Source: Bacteroidia bacterium
GTDB taxonomy: Bacteria > Bacteroidota > Bacteroidia > NS11-12g > UBA955
Length of the DNA stretch: 64,000 nucleotides
Assembly (NCBI GenBank): GCA_023653095.1
Contig: JAMNXP010000001.1
Span: 324,853 to 388,852, forward strand
Direction of reading: 5' to 3'
The notes beneath the pieces are model-generated. The model saw nothing but the letters and a program-made list of their open reading frames with translations. It was not told where the DNA came from and ran no database searches. Positions 8,930-18,345 of this stretch are shown here, piece by piece; the stretch's first letter is position 1; each line of letters begins with the position of its first letter. Both the position numbers and the translations under genes were made by a program.

Positions 8930-11900
8930 CTTAACACTGTAAGGATCTAACACAGTTATACAAACGGTATCTGTACCAATGCATCCATTCGCGGCTTTTC
9001 CATAAACTACATAACAAATAGAAGTTTGTGGCTCAGCCAATACAACATCACCAATTGAATCGCTCAAACCAATGAACGGCCTCCAAGAATATGATTGTGC
9101 ACCGTTAGCTGTTAAGAAAACTCCATATCCTTTGTAAATAGAGGTATCTGAATTCGTAGAAACACTGTATGAATTCACAGTTGTCACTATAGAGTCTTTG
9201 TCGCTGGTACAAAAACCGTCATTTTGAGTTAAGTAAAATACTTGTCGTAATAGTGTGTCTACTCTGGGTATTGGCGTAATATCTGTTCCTGAAGTATCAT
9301 CTAGAGATGAGTACCAATTGATGTTTGAACCACTAACTTTTAAAGAATGCGGTTGATTAAGACAAAGTGTTAAAGGTGAGACAAACGTTGGCTTAGACGG
9401 CAATTCTCTCACTTGAATCGTCATTTTACTCCTTGAAGACAAACAACCTAGTGGACTTAAATATTGGGCATACCTGATAATGGAATCACGTTTAGCCATA
9501 ATTTTATATTGCGATCCTGTATCTAATACCAATCCACTGGTGTCAGACCATTTAATGATAAATCCTGGAATGTGTTGCACAATTAAAGTTATTTCTTGTT
9601 TATCACATACTGTAGTATCTATAGAAATTGGTGGTTGTAAATTTTGATACCCAACTACGGCAGAGTCTTCGGAAATGCAGCCATCCCTACCTACAATTTG
9701 AACTTTATATTGACCTGTTAGTAATCCAAAAATGGAATCCCCAGTGGTATTATTTGACCAATTGAAAATATCTATCATTCTGTCTCCAGTGTAAGTTAAT
9801 TTTAGACTTCCATCACTGGTATTTATGCATCGGGCATCATATGAGGAAATGGTAGTGCTATCACCGATAATAATACCTTTTAATTTAATTGGAGTTAAAG
9901 GTCCTACACATCCGTTTTTGTTATTGAAAGCATAATATCCAGTAAACGAGTCTCCAATCTGACGATTAAACTTAAATGAATTGGTGTTTGTTTTTAATGC
10001 TGATTTGTTTTCATCGAACCAATCAGCAGAATAATTAACTGAATCAGCATTGAATAGTGTAAAAAGATTGTACGATAATGCACAGTATGCGGTGTCAATA
10101 ATCTGAGGTTGTGGACTGAAAATATTGGCTTTAACAATAACTGAATCAATCCTAGAACAACCTTTAACATCCGTAGCTGTAATAAAATTCAATCCTGATT
10201 TCAAATTCGAAACAGAATCTGATGTAGCTCCATTTGACCACTTCCAAGATTTGAAAGCATTTAAACCGTTGTATTTCACTTTTGCCCTTCCGTCAAACGA
10301 AGTTGAACAAGTAGCATTATAGGTGGATATATTTAATTTCAAAGGGGTAAAAGTGACTTTACACGTATCGTATTTCCAACAGGTATCTCCACGATAGGTA
10401 AATGTTACTTTAACCCAATATTCCCCGGAAGATTTTACTTTCAGGCTAGATTTGGTGGAGCCGTCATTCCACAAGTAACCAAAGGCCCCTTTGTAGAAGT
10501 TTGTATTTAATGTAATTGAATCGTCTTGGCACAAGATGGTGTCAGGACCAATTCCCAAGTTTTGTTTGGTGGTATTTTCGAAAATCCAATTTTTATTTCC
10601 TGAAACGTCTACACTGTTTGATCCAATTTTTTGTTGAACTGGTGACAACGCTAGTTGATCTCTCATTTCCACAAAATCAATCAAGGTAATTGTTGTGGAA
10701 TTAAATTTCAACGTATCTTCATTATTTACCAAATTAGATTGAATGGTGATGGGGAAACAAGAATTCCCTACAGCATCAAACAATTTATTGACGGTAAAAC
10801 TCTTTTGATTCTCAAATTTATAGATTCCTCCAGGGTTCAACTCTAGAGTGTCAAACCTTTGGTATCCAAGGAAATCGCATTCATTTTCATACTTTGCATA
10901 CCTAATGGTGGCATGTTTGATGTGATTCCTATTTTCTATATTAGGGTTTGCATCTGAGTATTGACCATACACTTTCTCTTTTGCATGGAGTTTTCCAATT
11001 TTTGCATAAGGAATACTCAATTCTTGAAGGTAACTTTCGAAGTACAATTCATTGAATTCTAAACTGTCCGTTGCTCTAAAAAAGTCAGTACCTTGGGGAT
11101 TGCTGCATTTATCAAGGAATGAAATTTTGTTGAATTTTACTCTCGGATAAGTAGACATATGATAAAACGCCTTTCTCCAATCTTGTCGTTTCATGGCTAA
11201 ATGAGATCGATCAGCAGATAAATAAAAGTTCTTTCCGTGAACTTCCCATCCGTAATCTGGAGGATTATTGGCTTCTACATAGCTTCCAACCATGTTCCAA
11301 TGTCTATCAGCTTCACCATACGAATAGTATTTTCTCATTCTTACATAATTCCCTTGAGTGATAAATGTTCCTGAAGTATGCATGATACCCCATTGATCTC
11401 TATCACCTATGACTTGCAAAGAATCATACAAACGCCAAGTGCCTGTTCCAACAATATTCAATCTTACAATTGGCTTAAAGTAGGGATAAATTGCATTTCC
11501 AGTATCAGTGGCTTCTAAATTCACAAAACCCTCGAATTTATAATCAACGTTGGGTCTAAGTCTTAAATCTCCAAAGATTTTCAATGTACTGGTGTATGGA
11601 CCTTTTAATATTGCCGGTCTCACGGTAAAATCCCAAGTCATGTTGTTGCAACTGGCATTTTCTACATCGATGTAAACTATTTCACCGTTCTTGCTGAATG
11701 AATTACCGTCGAAGATAACATTATCTAATTGACTAGGAATACAACCTGAAGGAGAGCCACCCGAAGTCAATGACCAATGATAGGGATTGCTCCACATACC
11801 TGAATCATTCACCCAATAATAGGTTCTTCCGGTTAAAAGAGAAATATTCCAATTCTTATTTCCTCCTCTATCTGAAGCGTTTTTTGCCATGTATTTGGTA

Positions 11901-14380
11901 GTACCCAAACCTTCGATATCTTGAAGAGCCAAATAATCACCGTGCGCAGTGTCCATTTTATATTCGAAAGAGGTTAATTCACCTTTTTCACTGGATGTAA
12001 GCGAAATCAGTCCTCTGCAATTTCCTTTTATACCTAAATATTTATTGACTGTTTGAGTATTTCCTTTTTGAAATTGGTTGGCTGAGCCAGGGTAAAAAAT
12101 CAGACTATCAAAAAGTGTATTACCATACATAGTTACATCTTTATGGTATCTAGCAGTATTGATTTTTGAACCTTGGGAATTCTGATAAAGCACCTTCTCA
12201 AAACAGTTTAACCTATTAACTACTGCCCTTTCAATAGAAAGTTCACCCACGTAACTTTTGAGATTTAACTCCCCAAATCCTGCGCTATCGCTGATTCTGA
12301 TCATATCCGTTCCTTGGGGATTTTGGACAAGATCCTGAAAACTTACCTTATTATATTTTACGTAAGGATATTTTGCAACATGGAAGAACACTTTTCTCCA
12401 ATCAGACCTAAAGATTTGAATGTGATAATTGGTAGAATCCATTTTGAATTTACTTCCCTCAACATACCACGCTGGCTCCCATGCGTCTCTTGAATACCAG
12501 TTTGATTGTCCCATTTTGATTTCACGAGAGCGATGACCTGTACTTACAAATTTCTTAGTATTAATTGGTCGTCCGCTGGTAACAAAAGTTCCAGATTTTA
12601 ATGTTAAAGCTTCGTAGTTTATTCCGTCATTAAAACCGAGAACGGTTAATGAATCAAACAATCCCACTCCACTAATGGCAGATTCACAGTCAATTTCGAG
12701 TCGAGAAAATGGAAAATTCGCAGTTCTTAAAGAATTCACAGCGGCTTCAAAATTGTTAATGATCCATCTACCTTTCATGTCGTTTTCAGGCTTAGAATAA
12801 AACAAGATGTTTCCCGTGGTTCTGAGCGTATTAGAATCCGTTGAATGGAATACACTGGTATTAGCAGTTGCTGCATAATTAATCTGAAAGCAAGTGTTTT
12901 CTCTAAGATCGAGAAACAAAGTATCTAAATTTGTTGTAAACGAATTTTTGTCAAAAATCACGTAGTCTATCGGCCCAGGGATGCAAGCTTGTCCGGCACC
13001 GCCGCTTGAAGTTGACCAATTGCTCGGATCTGACCATTTCCCTGTCTGTCCTACCCAGAATAGAAACTTTGCCGTTAAGTTGAACGTGCTACCCAATCCC
13101 GAAACAGTTGAAGTAGTGATGTGGTTAAAGGCTGTAACAGATGAAGAACCCGTGAATTTCAAATGATTTAATCGGCAATAATCGATATTTTGAGTAGAAG
13201 GAGTATTGATAATGAACTCCGCTTTAGTACCCGGAGTATTGCTTCTGATGTTTACATGTCTTCCACATGACCCCATCCAATCCAAGTGTTTATTGACCGT
13301 GATAATTTGTCCACCACCAAATTCATAGGTTGCACCACCCTTTAATGAAAGTGTATCTACGGTAAAACTTCCATCAATAAATGAAGAATTGCGCAATACA
13401 AATTTCCCAATTTTCGCAAAATTCAATCTCATATTATCTACGCGTTCGTGACAAATCAAGGTTTTAACATTGATTCCACTAAACTCAGCATCATTAACAG
13501 TACTCTTTATTTCAATTTTATTAAAACTAGTAGAATCGCTACAATTGAAATTGTCGCCAATCATATCTTTTGGATACCTATACTCAACTCTTAAATTGTA
13601 AAAAACCGATTTAGGACTTTGCACCATATGGAAAAAGTGTTTTCTCCAGTCTTTATACAATAAGTTGATCTGAGATATTCCAGCGTCTAGATGGAAGTTA
13701 TTGTCTTGCGCATACCACCCTCCTTCTCCATCAACCAAATTCACAATTGAACTTCCCAAAGTTAGTTTTCTCCAATTATTACCGGTAGAAATAAATGATC
13801 TTAGTTGTAATACCTTGTTATTTGATTTAAAATGACCGCTGTAAAGTACAAGTCCCCAACCATTTACATCTCCATATAATTTCAATGAATCTTGCAAAGT
13901 CCATTCGCCATTAAGTCCCTTAAATTCAAACTTCTGAATTTTAAAATTGGCAGTGGTGATTTTATTTCCGGTGGACGTTGCTTCGAAGGTGAAAAATCCA
14001 TCGAAAGCAAAATCCATATTTTTATCTAACTGCAAATCTCCATAAATACGGATGAAGTAGCTTTTATCGCTGCTGGTGAATTTGGGTTTATTCTTAACCC
14101 CATTCCAAATCAAACTCTTACAAACGGCATTTGAAACATTTAAATTCACCGATTCACCGGTTGATGAAAAAGAATTGGCATCAAAGAAAACATCATCTTG
14201 AAAAGTAGGAACTTGATTATGGTAGGTGTTTCCGCCTGATGTTGTAGCCCAATGGGTCAAATCTGACCAAGAACCACTACCACCAACCCAATAATAATTT
14301 GCAGCGGATAATTGGGAAGATGCCCAGATCAAAAGATTGAATACTAATAGCCCTTTCAATTTATTCAATGTTATCTTCAT
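8672..14380 (-). CDS. giant cell-surface adhesin-like protein with a type-B T9SS C-terminal domain (SprB-like cargo)
   Basis: An ATG at 14380 gives MKITLNKLKGLLVFNLLIWASSQLSA as signal peptide; the track starts at the TTG at 14395. It contains three ~410 aa modules, then Cys-framed SprB/Ig-like repeats (CSTSFDGRAKVKY...DVKGCSRIDSVIV; CINTSDGSLKLTY...GRDGCISEDSAVV), then the C-terminal sorting domain. Confidence 0.85.
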   Translation of the reverse strand: MKITLNKLKGLLVFNLLIWASSQLSAANYYWVGGSGSWSDLTHWATTSGGNTYHNQVPTFQDDVFFDANSFSSTGESVNLNVSNAVCKSLIWNGVKNKPKFTSSDKSYFIRIYGDLQLDKNMDFAFDGFFTFEATSTGNKITTANFKIQKFEFKGLNGEWTLQDSLKLYGDVNGWGLVLYSGHFKSNNKVLQLRSFISTGNNWRKLTLGSSIVNLVDGEGGWYAQDNNFHLDAGISQINLLYKDWRKHFFHMVQSPKSVFYNLRVEYRYPKDMIGDNFNCSDSTSFNKIEIKSTVNDAEFSGINVKTLICHERVDNMRLNFAKIGKFVLRNSSFIDGSFTVDTLSLKGGATYEFGGGQIITVNKHLDWMGSCGRHVNIRSNTPGTKAEFIINTPSTQNIDYCRLNHLKFTGSSSVTAFNHITTSTVSGLGSTFNLTAKFLFWVGQTGKWSDPSNWSTSSGGAGQACIPGPIDYVIFDKNSFTTNLDTLFLDLRENTCFQINYAATANTSVFHSTDSNTLRTTGNILFYSKPENDMKGRWIINNFEAAVNSLRTANFPFSRLEIDCESAISGVGLFDSLTVLGFNDGINYEALTLKSGTFVTSGRPINTKKFVSTGHRSREIKMGQSNWYSRDAWEPAWYVEGSKFKMDSTNYHIQIFRSDWRKVFFHVAKYPYVKYNKVSFQDLVQNPQGTDMIRISDSAGFGELNLKSYVGELSIERAVVNRLNCFEKVLYQNSQGSKINTARYHKDVTMYGNTLFDSLIFYPGSANQFQKGNTQTVNKYLGIKGNCRGLISLTSSEKGELTSFEYKMDTAHGDYLALQDIEGLGTTKYMAKNASDRGGNKNWNISLLTGRTYYWVNDSGMWSNPYHWSLTSGGSPSGCIPSQLDNVIFDGNSFSKNGEIVYIDVENASCNNMTWDFTVRPAILKGPYTSTLKIFGDLRLRPNVDYKFEGFVNLEATDTGNAIYPYFKPIVRLNIVGTGTWRLYDSLQVIGDRDQWGIMHTSGTFITQGNYVRMRKYYSYGEADRHWNMVGSYVEANNPPDYGWEVHGKNFYLSADRSHLAMKRQDWRKAFYHMSTYPRVKFNKISFLDKCSNPQGTDFFRATDSLEFNELYFESYLQELSIPYAKIGKLHAKEKVYGQYSDANPNIENRNHIKHATIRYAKYENECDFLGYQRFDTLELNPGGIYKFENQKSFTVNKLFDAVGNSCFPITIQSNLVNNEDTLKFNSTTITLIDFVEMRDQLALSPVQQKIGSNSVDVSGNKNWIFENTTKQNLGIGPDTILCQDDSITLNTNFYKGAFGYLWNDGSTKSSLKVKSSGEYWVKVTFTYRGDTCWKYDTCKVTFTPLKLNISTYNATCSTSFDGRAKVKYNGLNAFKSWKWSNGATSDSVSNLKSGLNFITATDVKGCSRIDSVIVKANIFSPQPQIIDTAYCALSYNLFTLFNADSVNYSADWFDENKSALKTNTNSFKFNRQIGDSFTGYYAFNNKNGCVGPLTPIKLKGIIIGDSTTISSYDARCINTSDGSLKLTYTGDRMIDIFNWSNNTTGDSIFGLLTGQYKVQIVGRDGCISEDSAVVGYQNLQPPISIDTTVCDKQEITLIVQHIPGFIIKWSDTSGLVLDTGSQYKIMAKRDSIIRYAQYLSPLGCLSSRSKMTIQVRELPSKPTFVSPLTLCLNQPHSLKVSGSNINWYSSLDDTSGTDITPIPRVDTLLRQVFYLTQNDGFCTSDKDSIVTTVNSYSVSTNSDTSIYKGYGVFLTANGAQSYSWRPFIGLSDSIGDVVLAEPQTSICYVVYGKAANGCIGTDTVCITVLDPYSVKLPNIISPNGDALNQTWRIDMLPEFEKYEVTIMDRQGAVILKKSPYDNSFNGSDSNGKELENGVYFYYLKHTEQDIKFKGYIQVIR
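10575..14302 (-). repeat. three tandem ~411-414 aa protein modules within the giant adhesin (divergent at DNA level)
   Basis: Module heads are NYYWVGGSGSWSDLTHWATTSGG (Trp codon at 14288-14290), FLFWVGQTGKWSDPSNWSTSSGG (13055-13057) and TYYWVNDSGMWSNPYHWSLTSGG (11813-11815). Each also has a DWRK.F[FY]H motif and an N[FL]..DG/NSFS segment. Boundaries are approximate. Confidence 0.7.
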
Positions 14381-14509
14381 GTTTACTTTTTTCAATATTA
14401 ATCAATCTCTTAACGACATCCAAAATGGCTTCGTGAATGGTCGGTATATTTGATTCTTTCAACGAAGATTCATTTATTAAGTGCTCATTTTTCGTAGATT
14501 CGCGGTTTT

Positions 14510-16264
14510 ATGAAGCTATTTCTAAAGTATTTTGGAGTTTTCTTGTTAGGTTTTTTCTCGTCAATTGTGCTATTGGTCATCCTGATTGCTAATTCTGTTG
14601 CCAAATTTGGAAGCGAAAAAGAAACGGAACCTCTTTCAACGAATACTTGGTTAACTCTCAATTTGCCTTCGGTTTTAAATGACAAATCTGAGTCTGACCC
14701 TTTTGGAGAATTATTTGCAGGATTTGCAGGTCAAGAACCTGTTGGATTAAACCAAATAACGACTGCCATAGAAAATGCTCAAAATAATGAAAATATTACG
14801 GGTATTTTATTGGACCCAGGTTTTTTTGCTAGCGGATTTGGACAAGCTGAGGAAATTAGAAATGCACTAATAACTTTTAAAAATTCTGGCAAACCTCTTG
14901 TTGCCTATTCAGAGAACTACACCGAGCAAGGTTATTACATTGCCAGTGTTTGTAATAGAATATTCTTGAATCCAAAAGGTCTTATTGAGTTCAACGGTTT
15001 ATCCAGTGGAATTGTCATGTATAAAGGCATGCTTGATAAACTTGGGGTTGAATTTCAAGTGTTTAAAGTAGGTAAATTCAAGGGGGCTGTTGAACCATTC
15101 ATCCAAAATCAACTTTCTGAGGAAAACAAAACCCAAATCAAGGAATATATAACCAGTATTCATAATCATTCTCTTTCAAAAATTGCAGAATCAAGAGGAA
15201 TTTCTATAGATTCTCTCAAATCTATTTCCAATAATGGACAAGTATTTTTATCTGCCCATGCTGAAAAATTCAAATTTGTAGATCAACTCGGATACAAAGA
15301 TGAAGTTGATTCATGGATTGAGAAGAAATACAAAACAATTAACCACATTTCGTTGCGTAAATTCTTAAAGAATGAAGTTGAGTATAAATATTCTGAAAAT
15401 AAAATAGCCATACTTTATGCTGAAGGTGAAATTGTAAGTGGAGTTTCTTCACAATCAGGGGGCCAAATAGCAAGTGATGATTTGGTAAAGGAAATTAGAA
15501 AAATTAGAAATAATGATCAAATTAAAGCTTTGGTGCTTCGCGTGAATAGTCCTGGTGGAAGCTCTTTGGCAAGCGATATTATTTCCAGAGAAATTGAACT
15601 TACTAAAAAGAAAATGCCTGTAATAGTAAGCTTTGGCAATGTGGCTGCATCAGGAGGTTACTACATTTCGTGTTTGGCTGATAGTATTTTTGCTCAACCC
15701 AACAGTATTACTGGAAGCATTGGGGTATTTGCCTTATTTCCAAATACACAAAAGCTTTACAAAGAAAAGTTTGGACTCACATATGAATCTGTAAATACCG
15801 GAGATAATTCTGAGTTATGGAGACCGGACCAGGGCATTAGCGGTGTTCAGGGTGCCAAAATTCAAGCCATGGTTGATCAAATTTATGATGATTTTTTATC
15901 TGTGGTATCCAAAGGAAGAAAAATGAATAAAGGGGCGGTTCACGAAATTGCTCAAGGAAGGGTTTACAGTGGTTTAAGAGCCCAAGAACTTGGACTGATA
16001 GATGGTATTGGTGGAATTGATAGAGCGATAAAATCTGCTTCTAAGAAAGCAAACTTAAAGGAATATAAGATTACGATTTACCCCGAACCAAAAAATCCGT
16101 TTGAGGCATTGTTGGGTGATGAAGTTAGTGAGGCTTTCGCAAAACAGCAAATTAAATTTGCTGAAGATTTGGGTATACATTCCTCTGTGATTCAAGAGTT
16201 ACAGGCCATAAAATCTATGTACGGATTTCAAATGAGGTTACCTTGGTCGATGGATATTAGATAA
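14510..16264 (+). CDS. sppA: signal peptide peptidase SppA, 67K type
   Basis: 584 aa with an N-terminal TM segment and two ClpP/crotonase-like halves. Motifs VNSPGGS and GNVAASGGYYIS. Confidence 0.9.
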   Translation: MKLFLKYFGVFLLGFFSSIVLLVILIANSVAKFGSEKETEPLSTNTWLTLNLPSVLNDKSESDPFGELFAGFAGQEPVGLNQITTAIENAQNNENITGILLDPGFFASGFGQAEEIRNALITFKNSGKPLVAYSENYTEQGYYIASVCNRIFLNPKGLIEFNGLSSGIVMYKGMLDKLGVEFQVFKVGKFKGAVEPFIQNQLSEENKTQIKEYITSIHNHSLSKIAESRGISIDSLKSISNNGQVFLSAHAEKFKFVDQLGYKDEVDSWIEKKYKTINHISLRKFLKNEVEYKYSENKIAILYAEGEIVSGVSSQSGGQIASDDLVKEIRKIRNNDQIKALVLRVNSPGGSSLASDIISREIELTKKKMPVIVSFGNVAASGGYYISCLADSIFAQPNSITGSIGVFALFPNTQKLYKEKFGLTYESVNTGDNSELWRPDQGISGVQGAKIQAMVDQIYDDFLSVVSKGRKMNKGAVHEIAQGRVYSGLRAQELGLIDGIGGIDRAIKSASKKANLKEYKITIYPEPKNPFEALLGDEVSEAFAKQQIKFAEDLGIHSSVIQELQAIKSMYGFQMRLPWSMDIR

Positions 16265-16284
16265 TTATCGATAACCCTACATTT

Positions 16285-16316
16285 TTGGAAACTTTCACAA
16301 GCAAAATAGTTTCCAA
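16285..16316. promoter_or_regulatory. perfect 9-bp inverted repeat, candidate TetR operator
   Basis: TTGGAAACT (16285-16293), a 14-nt spacer, then AGTTTCCAA (16308-16316). It sits immediately upstream of a perfect TAAATTTG box at 16332-16339 and the TetR start codon at 16349. Confidence 0.3.
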
Positions 16317-16331
16317 TGGTTATTAATTCGG

Positions 16332-16339
16332 TAAATTTG
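16332..16339 (+). promoter_or_regulatory. Bacteroidota -7 promoter box (TAnnTTTG) for the TetR-efflux operon
   Basis: TAAATTTG matches the consensus perfectly, 9 nt before the ATG at 16349. No clear TTG -33 element is present. Confidence 0.35.
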
Positions 16340-16348
16340 CGGCGGATT

Positions 16349-16963
16349 ATGACTGAGCGGGCTGAATTGTCACAACGTATTATTGAAACTGCTGAAAAAC
16401 TGTATTTTGATTGCGGAATTAAAGCTGTTTCGATGGATGATGTTTGTCAACAGCTTGGAATCTCAAAAAAGACTATATATCAAGTATTTAAAGATAAGGA
16501 ATCTTTGGTAAAAGACGTTGTTTTCAATCACTTTGAGCAAATTGAATCTGAAATTTCTAGAATAGAGAGTCAAGAATCACATCCCATAAAACAATTATTG
16601 CTTACCGCTGAATTTGCTATTGAACAACTCTCAAAGGTAAATCCTGTAATGAATCAGGATTTGAAGAAATATCACCCAAATATTTACTCTGAAATGGTAT
16701 CAAATCGAGGGGCATTTATTGAGAATCATTTACTAAAGAACATTCAATTGGGCAGGGAATTAGGTTGTTACCGATTGAATTTCAATTCTGAAGCAATTGC
16801 TCAAGCATTTTCATTACTACTCTATGCAACCACTGATGCCATTAGTAGAGGAGAAAGCAAATTCCAACCAAAGATCATTGATGATATCATTGTATATCAT
16901 TTGAGGGGAATTACCAATGAGAAAGGAACTATTTTTTTAGAAACAAACCACACACATGAATAA
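16349..16963 (+). CDS. TetR/AcrR family transcriptional regulator
   Basis: N-terminal HTH (AVSMDDVCQQLGISKKTIYQVFKDKESL), ~200 aa all-helical, first gene of the efflux operon. The track start at 16316 is less likely than MTERAEL at 16349. Confidence 0.85.
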   Translation: MTERAELSQRIIETAEKLYFDCGIKAVSMDDVCQQLGISKKTIYQVFKDKESLVKDVVFNHFEQIESEISRIESQESHPIKQLLLTAEFAIEQLSKVNPVMNQDLKKYHPNIYSEMVSNRGAFIENHLLKNIQLGRELGCYRLNFNSEAIAQAFSLLLYATTDAISRGESKFQPKIIDDIIVYHLRGITNEKGTIFLETNHTHE

Positions 16964-18341
16964 ATATATTCTCACATTTTGCCTTTTATTAGGCAGCCTT
17001 ATGAACAATGGCTTTGCACAAAGCGATAGTTCTTCGGTTGGAATGTCGCTTTCTTTAAAGGAAGCCATGGAAACTGCCGTAAAAAACAATTATGAACTTA
17101 AAAAAGCAGGATTTGATGTGAAGATTTCAAATGAAACCGTCAAGCAAACGGTGGCTATTGGATTGCCGCAGGTTTCTGCTACTGGAAATTATCAGAGTTT
17201 TGTTACCATACCTGGACAATGGATCAAGAATTTTGCTCCCACCCCAGGTGCTCCTGACTATATTTTCCTACAGTTCCAACAAAAATATGTGAGTTCAGGC
17301 TCTTTAGGTGTCAATCAACTTTTATTTGATGGATCGTATTTGGTAGGACTAAAAGCCACACAAGAATTCCTCAATATGAGTAAATACTTAGAAGCAAAAA
17401 CCAAATATGATGTGCAGGTTAGTGTATGTAAATCTTATTTGATGGCTGCAAGTACCCAAATGAACTTGGAGTTGATTCGATCAAATATTAAGGCGGTAGA
17501 AAAAACATTGAATGATGTTAAAGCTCTTAATAAAGAAGGATTTACGGAAGACCTTGATGTAAAAAGACTTCAATTGTCCTTGAATAATTTAGTGGTTCAA
17601 GAAAAGAAGATTGTGAATGTGATCGAAACGTTAATGAATTTATTGAAAATTCAAATGGGGATTGATGTTTCACAAAAGATTGTATTGAGTGACAACATTG
17701 AAAAAATAAATTCCATTTTCACCGTTAATGTTGATGGTGAAATTTCCTTGAATTCAACCCAGAATAGACCCGAATTTAACATCATCAAGCAAAGCATTCG
17801 TCTGGGTGAATTAGACAGAAAAAGATACCAAATGGGCATGTTGCCACGTTTGGTGGGATTCTATCAACACCAAGAAAATACTCAACGTCCTGAGTTCAAC
17901 TTTTTCAAAGATCAAAGTTCATTGACGATAAATAACAGTTGGGTTCCTTCTGATGTGGTGGGATTGCAAATACAGTGGACGCTTTTTGATGGTTTAAGCA
18001 CGGCCTCCAAAATAAGAGAAATCAAATACAAAACCGATAAAGCGAAAACTGATTTAGCAGCATTCAGTAATGCGGCATTTGCCGAGGCTGTAAATGCTCA
18101 AAATACCTATATCAATCAATTAGATCAAGCCGCAAGTCAAAAGCAAAATATGGATTTGGCTCAAGAGATTTACAAGATGGCCAACTTGAAATTTGCTGAA
18201 GGAGTGGGTAGTTCATTGGAAATCGTACAAAGTGAAACGGAATTGAAAAACGCTCAAATCAATTATTTAAATGCTTTATACGATTTGGTTGTTGCTAAAA
18301 TTGATTATCAGAAGTCATTGGGATTGGGAATTAATTTTTAA
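16956..18341 (+). CDS. TolC family outer membrane efflux protein
   Basis: Signal peptide followed by two repeated coiled/barrel halves typical of the OEP family. It overlaps the TetR stop by 8 nt and precedes the MFP and RND genes. Confidence 0.85.
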   Translation: MNKYILTFCLLLGSLMNNGFAQSDSSSVGMSLSLKEAMETAVKNNYELKKAGFDVKISNETVKQTVAIGLPQVSATGNYQSFVTIPGQWIKNFAPTPGAPDYIFLQFQQKYVSSGSLGVNQLLFDGSYLVGLKATQEFLNMSKYLEAKTKYDVQVSVCKSYLMAASTQMNLELIRSNIKAVEKTLNDVKALNKEGFTEDLDVKRLQLSLNNLVVQEKKIVNVIETLMNLLKIQMGIDVSQKIVLSDNIEKINSIFTVNVDGEISLNSTQNRPEFNIIKQSIRLGELDRKRYQMGMLPRLVGFYQHQENTQRPEFNFFKDQSSLTINNSWVPSDVVGLQIQWTLFDGLSTASKIREIKYKTDKAKTDLAAFSNAAFAEAVNAQNTYINQLDQAASQKQNMDLAQEIYKMANLKFAEGVGSSLEIVQSETELKNAQINYLNALYDLVVAKIDYQKSLGLGINF

Positions 18342-18345
18342 CAAA

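Noticed and set aside
18271-18345. Upstream extension of the MFP adaptor ORF overlapping the end of the TolC gene
   Set aside because: The extension (MLYTIWLLLKLIIRSHWDWELIFNK) is the out-of-frame reading of the TolC C-terminus. The ATG at 18346 gives a proper lipoprotein signal.
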